This document shows positions 17,679 through 26,525 of a DNA stretch of 46,442 nucleotides, piece after piece. Both the position numbers and the translations under genes were made by a program. The first letter of the stretch is position 1, and each line of letters starts with the position of its first letter. The stretch comes from an uncultured bacterium (GTDB lineage Bacteria > Krumholzibacteriota > Krumholzibacteriia > WVZY01 > JAKEHA01), in the NCBI GenBank assembly GCA_965371015.1, contig CBDUWU010000002.1, positions 1-46,442 of the forward strand. The letters run 5' to 3'. Under the pieces are notes generated by a model. It had not been told where the DNA came from and searched no databases. It worked only from the letters and a program-made list of their open reading frames with translations.

Positions 17679-17776
17679 TGGTAATGTCCTCCGTAAATTT
17701 TGCTGCAAGCCTCCCCAACCCTACCACATCCGCGGATACGGTCAACCTGCACTCGGGGCGTCCGGGGGGGGGTCGT

Positions 17777-17806
17777 AAAAAAAGCCGTCTCCGTCTCGGA
17801 GGCGGC
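17777..17806 (-). terminator. rho-independent terminator after the LMW-PTP gene
   Basis: Minus strand GCCGCCUCCG-AGA-CGGAGACGGC is followed by UUUUUUU, 33 nt past the stop at 17839. Confidence 0.7.
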
Positions 17807-17838
17807 CTCGTTCGGGAACGGGCGTCTGCCTCTCCGGC

Positions 17839-18282
17839 TCAGGTCCGGGGCGAGAAATTGGCCTTCCGGATTTCTTCCAGGAGGTCCTTGACCTTTTCCT
17901 CGATTTCGTCGCCGATCCGGCGGAACACCGACAGGGGGCGGCCGATCGGGTCGTCGACGTCCCAGTCGATCAGTCTTCCCGGGAATTCGGCGGGAAACAA
18001 CTCGACGGCCGGGATACCGGTCATCGACACCACCATGTCCATTTCATTGAGTGGTACTTCGTCGAGACCGTTGGACCGCTGATGGGATATGTCGATGCCG
18101 TGCTCTTCCATCATGAGAATCGCGTCCTCGCTGACAACTCCCGTCGGGTGCAGCCCCGCGCTCCACACCTCGACCACGTCGCCGCCTATTTCGCGGGCGA
18201 ACCCTTCGGCCATCGGTGAACGGCACATGTTGCCGATACAGATGAAGAGCACTTTGGTCTTCTGGGTTGCGGGTGACGTCAT
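17839..18282 (-). CDS. low-molecular-weight protein-tyrosine phosphatase
   Basis: P-loop VLFICIGNMCRSPMAEG (CX5R-S) and a DP acid loop (WDVDDPIG). GAGGAA sits upstream of ATG 18282. Confidence 0.85.
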   Translation of the reverse strand: MTSPATQKTKVLFICIGNMCRSPMAEGFAREIGGDVVEVWSAGLHPTGVVSEDAILMMEEHGIDISHQRSNGLDEVPLNEMDMVVSMTGIPAVELFPAEFPGRLIDWDVDDPIGRPLSVFRRIGDEIEEKVKDLLEEIRKANFSPRT

Positions 18283-18380
18283 GGGGTATTCCTCTGGAAT
18301 GATTCTGGCCGCCGGAAGCTTTCCGACCGCAGAAAACTACACAATTTCAACGGGTTTCACAAGTAAAGTTTGTATAAATT

Positions 18381-18420
18381 GCACGAAACGTGCCCCCCGC
18401 GCGCCGGCTCGGCCGGCGCG
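18381..18420 (-). terminator. tandem hairpins after ubiE (terminator candidate)
   Basis: 8-bp GC stem at 18400-18420, plus GCACG-UUU-CGUGC at 18381-18393. An A/U-rich tract follows on the minus strand. Confidence 0.45.
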
Positions 18421-18426
18421 GTGGCG

Positions 18427-19125
18427 TCACTCCTTGATGCCGCGGTAGATGAACGAGACCCCGCCGGCGAGTTTGCGGCGCCGGACATCCGAGAGACCGG
18501 CGTCGGCGAAGAAACGCCGGACTTCATCGTGCGAGGCGAATCCCCGGATCGACGACGACAGGTAGTCGTACGCCTCCTTCGAGCCGGATACGGCCCGGCC
18601 GACCACGGGGAGGACGGTCTTGAGGTAGAGGCGGTAGAGCTGGAGGAAGGCGCCGCTGGTGGGAGGAAAGAACTCGAGCACGAGCAGCCGGCCGCCCGGC
18701 TTGAGCACCCGCGCCATTTCGCGGACTCCGGCCGCGTAGTCGGGGAGGTTTCTCAGCCCGAACGCGATGGTCACAGCGTCGAACGATCCGTCGCCGAACG
18801 GCAGGTCGAGCGCGTCCCCCTCGATGACTTCTATACGCCCTTCGAGTCGCAGCTGCCCGATCTTGTCCCTGGCCACTTCGAGCATTCCGGCGGACCGGTC
18901 GAGGCCGACAATGTGATGCGCCCGCGAGCGGCGTGCAAATTCGATGGCGACGTCGCCGGTCCCGGTGGCGACATCCAATACCTCGCCCCCTGCGTCCACG
19001 CCGGACATGTCCACGAGGGCGCGGCGCCAGCCGCGGTCGACATTGAGGCTGAGGACGTGATTGAGCAGGTCGTAACGGCGCGCGATCGACGAAAACATCC
19101 CGGGTGTCTGTGATTTTTCGACCAT
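18427..19125 (-). CDS. ubiE: demethylmenaquinone / ubiquinone C-methyltransferase
   Basis: MVEKSQTPGMFSSIARRYDLLNHVLS, SAM motif VLDVATGTGD, and FGLRNLPD. Confidence 0.9.
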   Translation of the reverse strand: MVEKSQTPGMFSSIARRYDLLNHVLSLNVDRGWRRALVDMSGVDAGGEVLDVATGTGDVAIEFARRSRAHHIVGLDRSAGMLEVARDKIGQLRLEGRIEVIEGDALDLPFGDGSFDAVTIAFGLRNLPDYAAGVREMARVLKPGGRLLVLEFFPPTSGAFLQLYRLYLKTVLPVVGRAVSGSKEAYDYLSSSIRGFASHDEVRRFFADAGLSDVRRRKLAGGVSFIYRGIKE

Positions 19126-19140
19126 GCCGCCGCCCGCGCT

Positions 19141-20355
19141 CTATTCCGTCGTTTGTTTGAGTTTGTAAACCCGGGTTGCCTCACCGGAGGGGTCGAAATC
19201 GCAGATGTAGAGTTCGCCGTCCTCGTCGACACCGAACGCCGAAATCCTCCCCGGGCTGTCGGCGATATCGATGACGGGCGAAGCGCTCGACCCGTCGTAT
19301 TCGATCCCCCAGATGAGTCCCGTGTTGTAGTCGGCGAACACGTACACGCCCTCGAGCGAGGTGATGGTCGGACCGCGGTAGACGTGGCCGCCGGTCACGG
19401 ATACGTTCCCGTCTGCGTCGTGGGGGTATTCATAAATGGGATTAATCGCCGTTTTGAGCGTGTCGCACATAGGCGAGGGCGCGCCAGGGTCGGTGCCGTC
19501 CGCGTCGTACTCGTGCGCTCCTTCGAAGCAGTCCCACCCGTAGTTGCCGCCGATGTCGATGATATCGATTTCCTCCCACCTCGCCTGTCCGACGTCGCCC
19601 GCGTAAAGCCGGCCGGTGACGGGATCGAAGCTGAACCGCCACGGATTGCGCAGCCCGTACGCGTAGATTTCGGGCCGGTATCCTTTGATGTTAAACACAA
19701 AGGGGTTGGTGTCGGGAATCCCGTAGTTCCCCTGCGAGTTGGAATCGACGTCGAGGCGGAGGATCGTGCCGAACACGTTGGTGAGGTCCTGGGCGTTGTC
19801 GTTGGGGTCGCCGGCGCCGCCGCCGTCGCCAACGGCCACGTACAGGAATCCGTCAGGACCAAAAGCGAGCTGCCCGCCGTTGTGGTTGCCGGCGGTCTTG
19901 GTAAACGTCATGAGCACAGTCTCGGTCGACTGGTCGGTGGAATCGGGGTTGGTGGCGCTCACCTCGAAGCGCGAGAGCCGGTTGTCCCCGCCTGCGACGG
20001 TATAGTACACAAAGAAGCGCCCGTTGGTCGCGTAGTCGGGGTGGAATGCGAGCCCCAGGAGTCCCTGCTCGAGGCCGGCGCTATGGACGTTACCGGATAC
20101 GTCGAGAAAAGTCCTGGCCGCCGCGACGGACGCTTCATTCTCGAAGACTCTCACGGTGCCGCGCCGCTCGACGACGAATACGCGGCCACTGCCGTCGCCG
20201 GCATTCTGGAAGTCGACGGGCTGGACGAACGTGAGGTTCGGATAGGCGGCGACGAGCTGGTAGATGTAGCTGCCCGGAGCGACGGAGTCGTCGTCGCACC
20301 CGGCGGCGAGAGGCAGCGCCGCAAGAACGGCCGCCAGCAGTATTATCTGTTTCAT
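19141..20355 (-). CDS. PQQ-dependent (soluble glucose/sorbosone dehydrogenase-like) beta-propeller sugar dehydrogenase, lipoprotein
   Basis: Start moved to ATG 20355, preceded by GGAGGA. MKQIILLAAVLAALPLAAGC has a lipobox. Also GLLGLAFHPDY, NHNGGQLAFGPDGFLYVAVGDGG and YAYGLRNPWRFSFD. Confidence 0.85.
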   Translation of the reverse strand: MKQIILLAAVLAALPLAAGCDDDSVAPGSYIYQLVAAYPNLTFVQPVDFQNAGDGSGRVFVVERRGTVRVFENEASVAAARTFLDVSGNVHSAGLEQGLLGLAFHPDYATNGRFFVYYTVAGGDNRLSRFEVSATNPDSTDQSTETVLMTFTKTAGNHNGGQLAFGPDGFLYVAVGDGGGAGDPNDNAQDLTNVFGTILRLDVDSNSQGNYGIPDTNPFVFNIKGYRPEIYAYGLRNPWRFSFDPVTGRLYAGDVGQARWEEIDIIDIGGNYGWDCFEGAHEYDADGTDPGAPSPMCDTLKTAINPIYEYPHDADGNVSVTGGHVYRGPTITSLEGVYVFADYNTGLIWGIEYDGSSASPVIDIADSPGRISAFGVDEDGELYICDFDPSGEATRVYKLKQTTE

Positions 20356-21065
20356 GGTGTTCCTCCGGGACCCGGGTGAAGGGGCAGACGATCGAGCAGA
20401 AAGTGTAGATGGGCACGGGTGTCGTGTAAACGGCTTTCGGACGGCGCCAGATCCGCGGCTCCCTGGATGAAGGGCCCGGCGACGAGCTCGTCGCGGCAGT
20501 GTCTGGCGATCCCGGCCACACCCCCCGAGGTCATCTCGAGGTGGCACTGGAGCCCGAGCACGCGGTCGCCCCAGGCGAACATCTGGTTCTCACACGCCTC
20601 GCTCGAAGCCAGTTGAACGGCTCCGTCGGGGAGGTCGAACGTCTCACCGTGCCAGTGGAAGGCGTCGAACTGGCGGGGCAAACCACCCGACATCGCGTGG
20701 CCGGCACCCTCTTCGGTCAGCGTCACAGGATACCAGCCGATCTCCTGGTACCGGTTGGGGCGTACCACCGCCCCGAGAACCCGCGCGATGAGTTGCGCGC
20801 CGAGACACACGCCCACGACGATCTTTCCCGCGTCGATCGCGGCCCGCACGGCACGCTTTTCATCGGCCAGCCACGCGTACTTCGAATCCTCGTCGACATT
20901 CATCGGGCCGCCCATCACGACGAGCCAGTCGTACGCATCCACCCCGGGAAGCCGCTCACCGTCATAGAGCCGCGTGCCCGTCAACTCGTGTCCGTTGCCT
21001 TCGGCCCACTCGCCGATCGCACCGATCCCCTCGAACTCGACGTGCTGTATCCAATGAAGCCTCAT
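20352..21065 (-). CDS. class I glutamine amidotransferase-like protein (GMP-synthase-type GATase1 domain only)
   Basis: Nucleophile elbow VGVCLGAQLIA and FHWHGETF...CHLE. The stop overlaps the next ATG (ATGA). Confidence 0.85.
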   Translation of the reverse strand: MRLHWIQHVEFEGIGAIGEWAEGNGHELTGTRLYDGERLPGVDAYDWLVVMGGPMNVDEDSKYAWLADEKRAVRAAIDAGKIVVGVCLGAQLIARVLGAVVRPNRYQEIGWYPVTLTEEGAGHAMSGGLPRQFDAFHWHGETFDLPDGAVQLASSEACENQMFAWGDRVLGLQCHLEMTSGGVAGIARHCRDELVAGPFIQGAADLAPSESRLHDTRAHLHFLLDRLPLHPGPGGTP

Positions 21066-21090
21066 TTACTACTCTTTCTATTGTAAGTCG

Positions 21091-21204
21091 CGCACCCAGG
21101 CACGAGGGTCGACGGCGAGTTGCGCAGCGCGCCGCCCTGATATCAACATTTGAGGGCGGCGTAGCGAGCACCTGTCTGAGCCGGAGCGCCCTCGTGCCGG
21201 TGCG
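21091..21204. repeat. nested imperfect palindrome of about 115 bp in the DUF547/GATase intergenic region
   Basis: Outer arms are cgcacccaggcacgaggg (21091-21108) and ccctcgtgccggtgcg (about 21189-21204). Inner hairpin is cgccgccct-N13-agggcggcg (about 21130-21161). Confidence 0.5.
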
Positions 21205-21219
21205 CGGCGGCCGGTCAGA

Positions 21220-22059
21220 TTAGTCAGCGGCTGCGTGAGGCTGCTCGTTGAGAGTCCAGTCGTAGTCCAGGAACTTGATCTTGAAGTCGCCCGTCCGCAG
21301 GTACTCCGCGTCCGCATCGTCGACGTAGCGCATCACGAAGTTCAGCACCGCCTGCTTCTCTTCGCCGCGCCGGCCCGGCGGGTCGCCCGTTCCATAGCCG
21401 TCGACAAAGTCACCCCCGAACCAGTCGAAGATCGCCGAGAGGTACACCACGTCTTTGCCCCGGTTGATCCGGAAATTGGTATCGTTCGACAAAAACTCGC
21501 GCGCCTGGTCGTCCAGCTGATCGTCCAGCACGGCCGCCTCGAACGGCTCACCCCGCAGTTCCGGACACGAGAGCGCCGCACAAACGAGCGCCACGTGGAT
21601 CCGCGGCTCGGCGAACTTCCCTCGCAACACCGCGTGTTCGATCTCGTCCAGCGTCATCGGTTCGCCCATCACGCCGAACGACACTTTTTTCCACCGTCCA
21701 GGTATCTGCATGATGCTGTTCTTCGGTAACACGAGCGAGCGCAGACGGGACGACTCGATCGGATAATGATCGACGATCAGTTTCAAAGTCAGTCCGTTGT
21801 AAGCGTTGATCCAGAAGGCGATCTTCTCTTCGTCCGTCCAGCCCTCATAGACCTCCCGGTCGAGCCCGGCGAGCGACGCGGTCCACGCTTCGAGCAGCTC
21901 GCCGTTCGCTTTGAGGCCAGCATAGTCGACCAGTCCGCCGTCGTCGACGTATCCCGACAGAATGGCCGCGTAGCCGCCGTTGTCGAATGCCGCGACCGCG
22001 GTGGCCGGGGTAGAATATTGCGCGGCGATCAATATCAACACTGTAAAATAAGCTTTCAT
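21220..22059 (-). CDS. secreted DUF547 family protein
   Basis: Start moved to ATG 22059, which overlaps the upstream stop (ATGA). Signal peptide MKAYFTVLILIAAQYSTPATAVAA. Also has WINAYNGLTLKLIVDHYP and HVALVCAALSCPELR. Confidence 0.8.
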   Translation of the reverse strand: MKAYFTVLILIAAQYSTPATAVAAFDNGGYAAILSGYVDDGGLVDYAGLKANGELLEAWTASLAGLDREVYEGWTDEEKIAFWINAYNGLTLKLIVDHYPIESSRLRSLVLPKNSIMQIPGRWKKVSFGVMGEPMTLDEIEHAVLRGKFAEPRIHVALVCAALSCPELRGEPFEAAVLDDQLDDQAREFLSNDTNFRINRGKDVVYLSAIFDWFGGDFVDGYGTGDPPGRRGEEKQAVLNFVMRYVDDADAEYLRTGDFKIKFLDYDWTLNEQPHAAAD

Positions 22060-22763
22060 GATTTCCTTCTTTGTGACCTCAACCAGGCCGGGTAGTACCT
22101 GAATATCGTTCCGATAATCTTGGTCCCCGCCAGCACCGTTCCCCTTACAGTCCCGGTGATCTTTGACTGGCCGATCCTGGCCCGGTAGCGCACCGGCACC
22201 TCCACGATCCGCGAGCCCGCCATCAGCGCCTTGGCCTGCATCTCGACGTTCCAGCCGAACGTCGGGTCGGACATGCCGTAAGAGAGCAGGTGGTCGCGCC
22301 GGATCGCGCGGAACGGCCCCATATCGGTAAAACGAAATCCGTAGAACACCCGCATGAGAAAAGTGGCCAGCATGTTGCCCCAGCGCTGGTTCCACGGGAG
22401 AGATCCCTTCTCCGCCCGCCCCAGGGTGCGCGACCCGATCACCATGTCGGCGCGTCCCTCGCGAATCGGCGCCAGGAGGTCGGGGAGGTCTTCCGGGTAG
22501 TCCGAGTGGTCCGCGTCGAGGATGACGATCACGTCCGTATCGTCTCCCGTGTGGCGGATACCCTTCAGGCACGCGGCTCCGTACCCGCGCCGGTCTTCGC
22601 GCAACGTGACCGCCCCGTGCGCATCGGCGACCTCGGCCGTACGGTCGGTCGACCCGTTGTCGACGACGATCACAAGGTCGACGTATTCCCGCGGTATCTC
22701 GTCGAGCACGGCGCCCACGGACTGTTCCTCGTTGTACGCCGGCATCACGATGACTGTCTTCAC
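22056..22763 (-). CDS. GT2 glycosyltransferase, polyprenol-phosphate sugar synthase (DPM1/ArnC-like)
   Basis: GTG 22763 lies 7 nt after GGAGG and overlaps the upstream stop (GTGA). VKTVIVMPAYNEEQSV, VVDNGSTDRT and ILDADHSD (DxD). Confidence 0.85.
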   Translation of the reverse strand: MKTVIVMPAYNEEQSVGAVLDEIPREYVDLVIVVDNGSTDRTAEVADAHGAVTLREDRRGYGAACLKGIRHTGDDTDVIVILDADHSDYPEDLPDLLAPIREGRADMVIGSRTLGRAEKGSLPWNQRWGNMLATFLMRVFYGFRFTDMGPFRAIRRDHLLSYGMSDPTFGWNVEMQAKALMAGSRIVEVPVRYRARIGQSKITGTVRGTVLAGTKIIGTIFRYYPAWLRSQRRKS

Positions 22764-24046
22764 CCCACCGCCTCCTTCCGACGGCCGCGGAGAGCGTCGT
22801 AGAGGAGCAGGGCGTAGAACGGGACGTATTCGACCGCGTAGATCCGCCACGGGAGCACCCACTCTCCCCCGGCCGCGTCGATGACCCACACCCGGTACGA
22901 CACCATCACCAGCCCCGTGAACAGGATCCACGCCCGGTTGCGGTAGAAGCAGAGGAAGGGGACGATCCACGCTACGTACCACGGGTACAGCGTCGGTGCG
23001 AGCAAAAGACCCGTCGCCACGGCGACAAAGCCGAAACGAACCGGGTCTTTCTGCCGGAACGCCTGGTAGATCACGACACCACCGACGGCCAGCGTGAGCA
23101 GCCGCCGCGTCCACACGGGATCGTTGAGGACGGAATCGGCGACCTTGTATGCGAGCCCGTTGAAGTTCCAATCGGCGCTGTAGAGCTTCAGGCTGGAGAA
23201 CAGCCCCGCTCCGGCTCCGGCAAACGGCAGGTAACCCGCCACCACCACCGCCGTCATGACGCCGACCCAGGCGGCGTACTTTCTGCGCGCCAGGAAATAC
23301 GGCACAAAAACGGCGGAGAGATATTTGGCGAGGAACGACAAACCGAGCGCGGCGAATCCCCCGATGTTCTTTTGCCGTGCAACCAGAAACAGCCCCAGCA
23401 GGAGAAAGAAAATCCCCACGGGCTCGACGTGCCCCGAATGCCCGGTCTCGAAGATCACGAGCGGGTTCCAGGCGTAGACGACAACAGCCGCCGGGTCAAT
23501 CGAACGGAGCCGCAACATGGCCCCGATGAGGAGGATCACCCCCAGATCGAAGATCACGAAGAGCAGCTTCTGGGTCTGCACGTCGGGTCGAATTCCGGCG
23601 GCCAGGGCAAATACCGCCTGCGATACGGGCGGATAAATTGTTTCGAGGTGTTTGTGGTTGATGTCGTCGTAGTTTTCGTCGCGGAGGGGCTCGAGTTCTT
23701 CGGCGTCGGGCGCGTGAGAAAAGGGGTTGAAGCCGTGGGTGATCATGCGCCCTTCCCACAGGTAACGGTAGATGTCGGTGGACATCACCGGTTGGGCCGG
23801 AATCAGGACTCCCCGGCTGATCGCCGCCACGGCGAACACGAGAACGAACAGCCGGTGTCCGCGGACGGCGGCCCAACTGCGGCCAAGAACAAACAGGGTG
23901 AGCAGGTAAATGCCGAACGCAGCGAAATAGAGCGCGAGAAAGAGGCCGACCTTGTCGTTGAGTCCCTCGATTCGCGAAAGAGCCGCGAAGAGCATCGCCA
24001 GGGCGGTGCCGGCCCCTGCAACGATCCATCGCGAGTTTCGGCTCAT
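22760..24046 (-). CDS. GT-C type integral membrane glycosyltransferase (DUF2029/GT87-like)
   Basis: 428 aa with more than 10 TM helices. Periplasmic loop motif MSTDIYRYLWEGRMITHGFNPF. Confidence 0.8.
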   Translation of the reverse strand: MSRNSRWIVAGAGTALAMLFAALSRIEGLNDKVGLFLALYFAAFGIYLLTLFVLGRSWAAVRGHRLFVLVFAVAAISRGVLIPAQPVMSTDIYRYLWEGRMITHGFNPFSHAPDAEELEPLRDENYDDINHKHLETIYPPVSQAVFALAAGIRPDVQTQKLLFVIFDLGVILLIGAMLRLRSIDPAAVVVYAWNPLVIFETGHSGHVEPVGIFFLLLGLFLVARQKNIGGFAALGLSFLAKYLSAVFVPYFLARRKYAAWVGVMTAVVVAGYLPFAGAGAGLFSSLKLYSADWNFNGLAYKVADSVLNDPVWTRRLLTLAVGGVVIYQAFRQKDPVRFGFVAVATGLLLAPTLYPWYVAWIVPFLCFYRNRAWILFTGLVMVSYRVWVIDAAGGEWVLPWRIYAVEYVPFYALLLYDALRGRRKEAVG

Positions 24047-24047
24047 G

Positions 24048-25511
24048 TCATCGCTTCGCGTGAATAACGGAGAGTCCGAACACGTAGAGGTATCCGGACA
24101 CGAACAACATCACGTACGGCAGCGCCGCCCAGTTTCGCGTGATGATCAACGCACCCAGCGCGGCGCACATATAGACCGAGAGCACGAATTCGGCTACTAA
24201 CGTCGGCTTGCGCATCGAACGGTAGATTTTGCCCTTCCACCGGTCCTTGAACGACTCGATCCGGTACTTGGCCGTGCGCACGAACGGTGTCTGCCTGCCG
24301 AGCAACGCTTCGGTGACCGCCCACGCGTTGTTGATGCACATGCCGATTCCCAGCGCGAAAATCAACGGGACGTCCTTGATGCGCCAGCGCCAGTCCCGGT
24401 ACAACTCGCGCTGGGCCGTCAGGTAGAAGAGGAAGATCGACAGCGTCGTCAGAGCGAAGATCGCCATTTCCCAGAAGAGCGATCCGCGCGCCAGTGCGTG
24501 CGAGCGCAGAATCACCGACAACGGCATGAGTACCGACAGCAGAACGAGGAGGAGATAACTCAGGTTGGCGCTGAGGTGAAACGTCGCCTCGAGCTTGACT
24601 CGCAGCGGCACTTCGCTGCGCCATATCCGTCCCAGCAGCTTCCTGCCGACCTGTATCGAGCCCTTCGCCCACCGGTGCTGCTGGGTCTTGAACCCGAATA
24701 TATCGACCGGCAACTCGCTGGGACAAACGACTTCCGGCACGAATACAAACTTCCATCCGCAAAGCTGGGCGCGATACGAAAGGTCGAGGTCCTCGGTGAG
24801 CGTATCGCCCTGCCAGCCACCCGACTCGAGGATTGCGCGCCGGCGAAACACGCCGCCGGTGCCATTGAAGTTGAAAAACCGGCCCGACAGGTGACGCGCC
24901 GTGTGCTCGAGGATGAAGTGACCGTCGAGCAGCAGCGACTGGACGCGCGTGAGAAGCGAATAGTTCCGGTTGAGGTACCCCCACCGCGTCTGCACCATCC
25001 CGACGCGCGGATCCCCGAAGTGCGGCACGGTTTTCTCGAGGAAATCCGGCGGCGGTATGAAGTCAGCGTCGAAAACGGCCACCAGTTCGTCGGGCGACTC
25101 GTCGAGGCCTTCCTTGAGCGCGCCTGCCTTGAATCCCTCGCGGTTTTCGCGGTGCCGGTATTCGACGTTGAACCCGAGCGCCACGAGGTCGTCGGTCGCC
25201 TCACGGGCAACGACTCGCGTGTCGTCGACCGAGTCGTCGAGGACCTGGATCCTGAGGAGGTGCTTCGGGTAGCGGATCGCCGCCGCCGCCTCGATCACCC
25301 GCCGCGCGACGTAGTACTCGTTATACAGCGGCAGCTGGACCGTGACGGCCGGGTAGTCGGCGGGTTCCATCCGGGGCGGTGCCGGCCGGCGGGCAAACTT
25401 GTAGTGCCGGAAGTACAGATAGAGAATGAAATACCGGTGGATCCCGTAGATGGAGAGCATCGCCAGGATACCGAAATATGCATAAACCGTAATTGACGCG
25501 AGCGTATTCAT
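24048..25511 (-). CDS. membrane-embedded GT2 glycosyltransferase with D,D,D,QxxRW signature (CslA / glucosyl-diacylglycerol synthase-like)
   Basis: Start preferred at ATG 25511 (MNTLASITVYAYF...). The alternative, 25580, would overlap arsS. LPLYNE, VLDDSVDDT, VFDADF, TEDLDLSYR and QQHRWAKG, plus C-terminal TM helices. Confidence 0.85.
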   Translation of the reverse strand: MNTLASITVYAYFGILAMLSIYGIHRYFILYLYFRHYKFARRPAPPRMEPADYPAVTVQLPLYNEYYVARRVIEAAAAIRYPKHLLRIQVLDDSVDDTRVVAREATDDLVALGFNVEYRHRENREGFKAGALKEGLDESPDELVAVFDADFIPPPDFLEKTVPHFGDPRVGMVQTRWGYLNRNYSLLTRVQSLLLDGHFILEHTARHLSGRFFNFNGTGGVFRRRAILESGGWQGDTLTEDLDLSYRAQLCGWKFVFVPEVVCPSELPVDIFGFKTQQHRWAKGSIQVGRKLLGRIWRSEVPLRVKLEATFHLSANLSYLLLVLLSVLMPLSVILRSHALARGSLFWEMAIFALTTLSIFLFYLTAQRELYRDWRWRIKDVPLIFALGIGMCINNAWAVTEALLGRQTPFVRTAKYRIESFKDRWKGKIYRSMRKPTLVAEFVLSVYMCAALGALIITRNWAALPYVMLFVSGYLYVFGLSVIHAKR

Positions 25512-25560
25512 TTTACCGAGTGTATTTGTAACTGTACGTTTTCCGCAAGAGAGAAGGCCG

Positions 25561-26514
25561 TTACGCCAGCGCGCCGCCACACGAAGAACCCCGGCCGGCC
25601 GTGCAGCCGAAACAGTGGGCGCCCGTCTCGATGCGTCTTTGATGGAGTTGAGGGTCGAAATTGCTGACGTGCGTCGGCATGCCGTGGTTGACCTTGAGTT
25701 TCAGCGCAAGATTGAAATCACAGTCGTACATGTTGCCTTCCCAGTCGATATTGATCTGGTGCCGGCACATCAGCCCTTCTATGGTCGACGGGTTGAACGC
25801 GTCGCGAAGAAGCTGCCGGTATTCGTCCGCCTTCTTCTGCCGGCGAAGGCCGCCCATGAACCGTCCGATGGGCATATTGGTTATCGTGATCAGACGTGAA
25901 AATTCGATCCCGTGACGGGCCCGCAATTCGCGGTGGTAGTCCGCTTCCAGCGCGGCCTGGTCGGGCGGCAGGTAGGGCCCCACCGGGTTGTAGACCAGAT
26001 CGAGCGGAAGGCCCGGGTCACGCCCGTATCCCAGTTCGTTGAGCCTCCGGATGGACTCGATCGATCCGCTGTACACGCCCTCACCGCGCTGCCGGTCGAC
26101 GTTTTGCTCGAGATAACACGGGAGCGACGCGACGAGACGGACCCCTTGTTCCGCCATGAACCGGGCCACGCCCTCGTATCCCGGCTCGAGGTGGATGGTC
26201 AGGTTCGTCCGGACCTGGACGGGAATATCCAGCGCCCGCCCCTGTGAGACGAACCGCTCGAAATTCGCGTTGATTTCCGGAGCGCCTCCCGTGACGTCGA
26301 GGAGGCTGCAGCCGACGTCGCGGGCGATCCTGAGAACATGGTCCATCGTTTCCCAGTCCATCTCCTCGGTCCGTTTCGGCGAGGCGGCCACGTGACAGTG
26401 GACGCACTGCTGATTGCAACGCAGCCCCACGTTGACCTGGACGATCGAAATCCGATCGGCAAGGAGCGGCCCGCCGGTGGAATCGACAATTTTCTGATCG
26501 AACTCGTTTATCAT
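25561..26514 (-). CDS. arsS: radical SAM / Cys-rich-domain protein, arsenosugar biosynthesis ArsS family
   Basis: ATG 26514 preferred (alternative GTG 26535). CNQQCVHC (CX3CX2C) at 26395-26418. C-terminal Cys-rich tail HCFGCTAGRGSSCGGALA. Lies directly downstream of the arsM-like gene. Confidence 0.85.
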   Translation of the reverse strand: MINEFDQKIVDSTGGPLLADRISIVQVNVGLRCNQQCVHCHVAASPKRTEEMDWETMDHVLRIARDVGCSLLDVTGGAPEINANFERFVSQGRALDIPVQVRTNLTIHLEPGYEGVARFMAEQGVRLVASLPCYLEQNVDRQRGEGVYSGSIESIRRLNELGYGRDPGLPLDLVYNPVGPYLPPDQAALEADYHRELRARHGIEFSRLITITNMPIGRFMGGLRRQKKADEYRQLLRDAFNPSTIEGLMCRHQINIDWEGNMYDCDFNLALKLKVNHGMPTHVSNFDPQLHQRRIETGAHCFGCTAGRGSSCGGALA

Positions 26515-26525
26515 TTCCGTAGTTT

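Noticed and set aside
17839-18282. LMW-PTP as a thioredoxin-coupled ArsC arsenate reductase linked to the arsM/arsS locus
   Set aside because: Only the P-loop Cys (CIGNMCRS) is present. The downstream Cys pair of LMW-PTP-type ArsC is absent (..VVSMTG..). The gene is 8 kb away in a different transcription unit.
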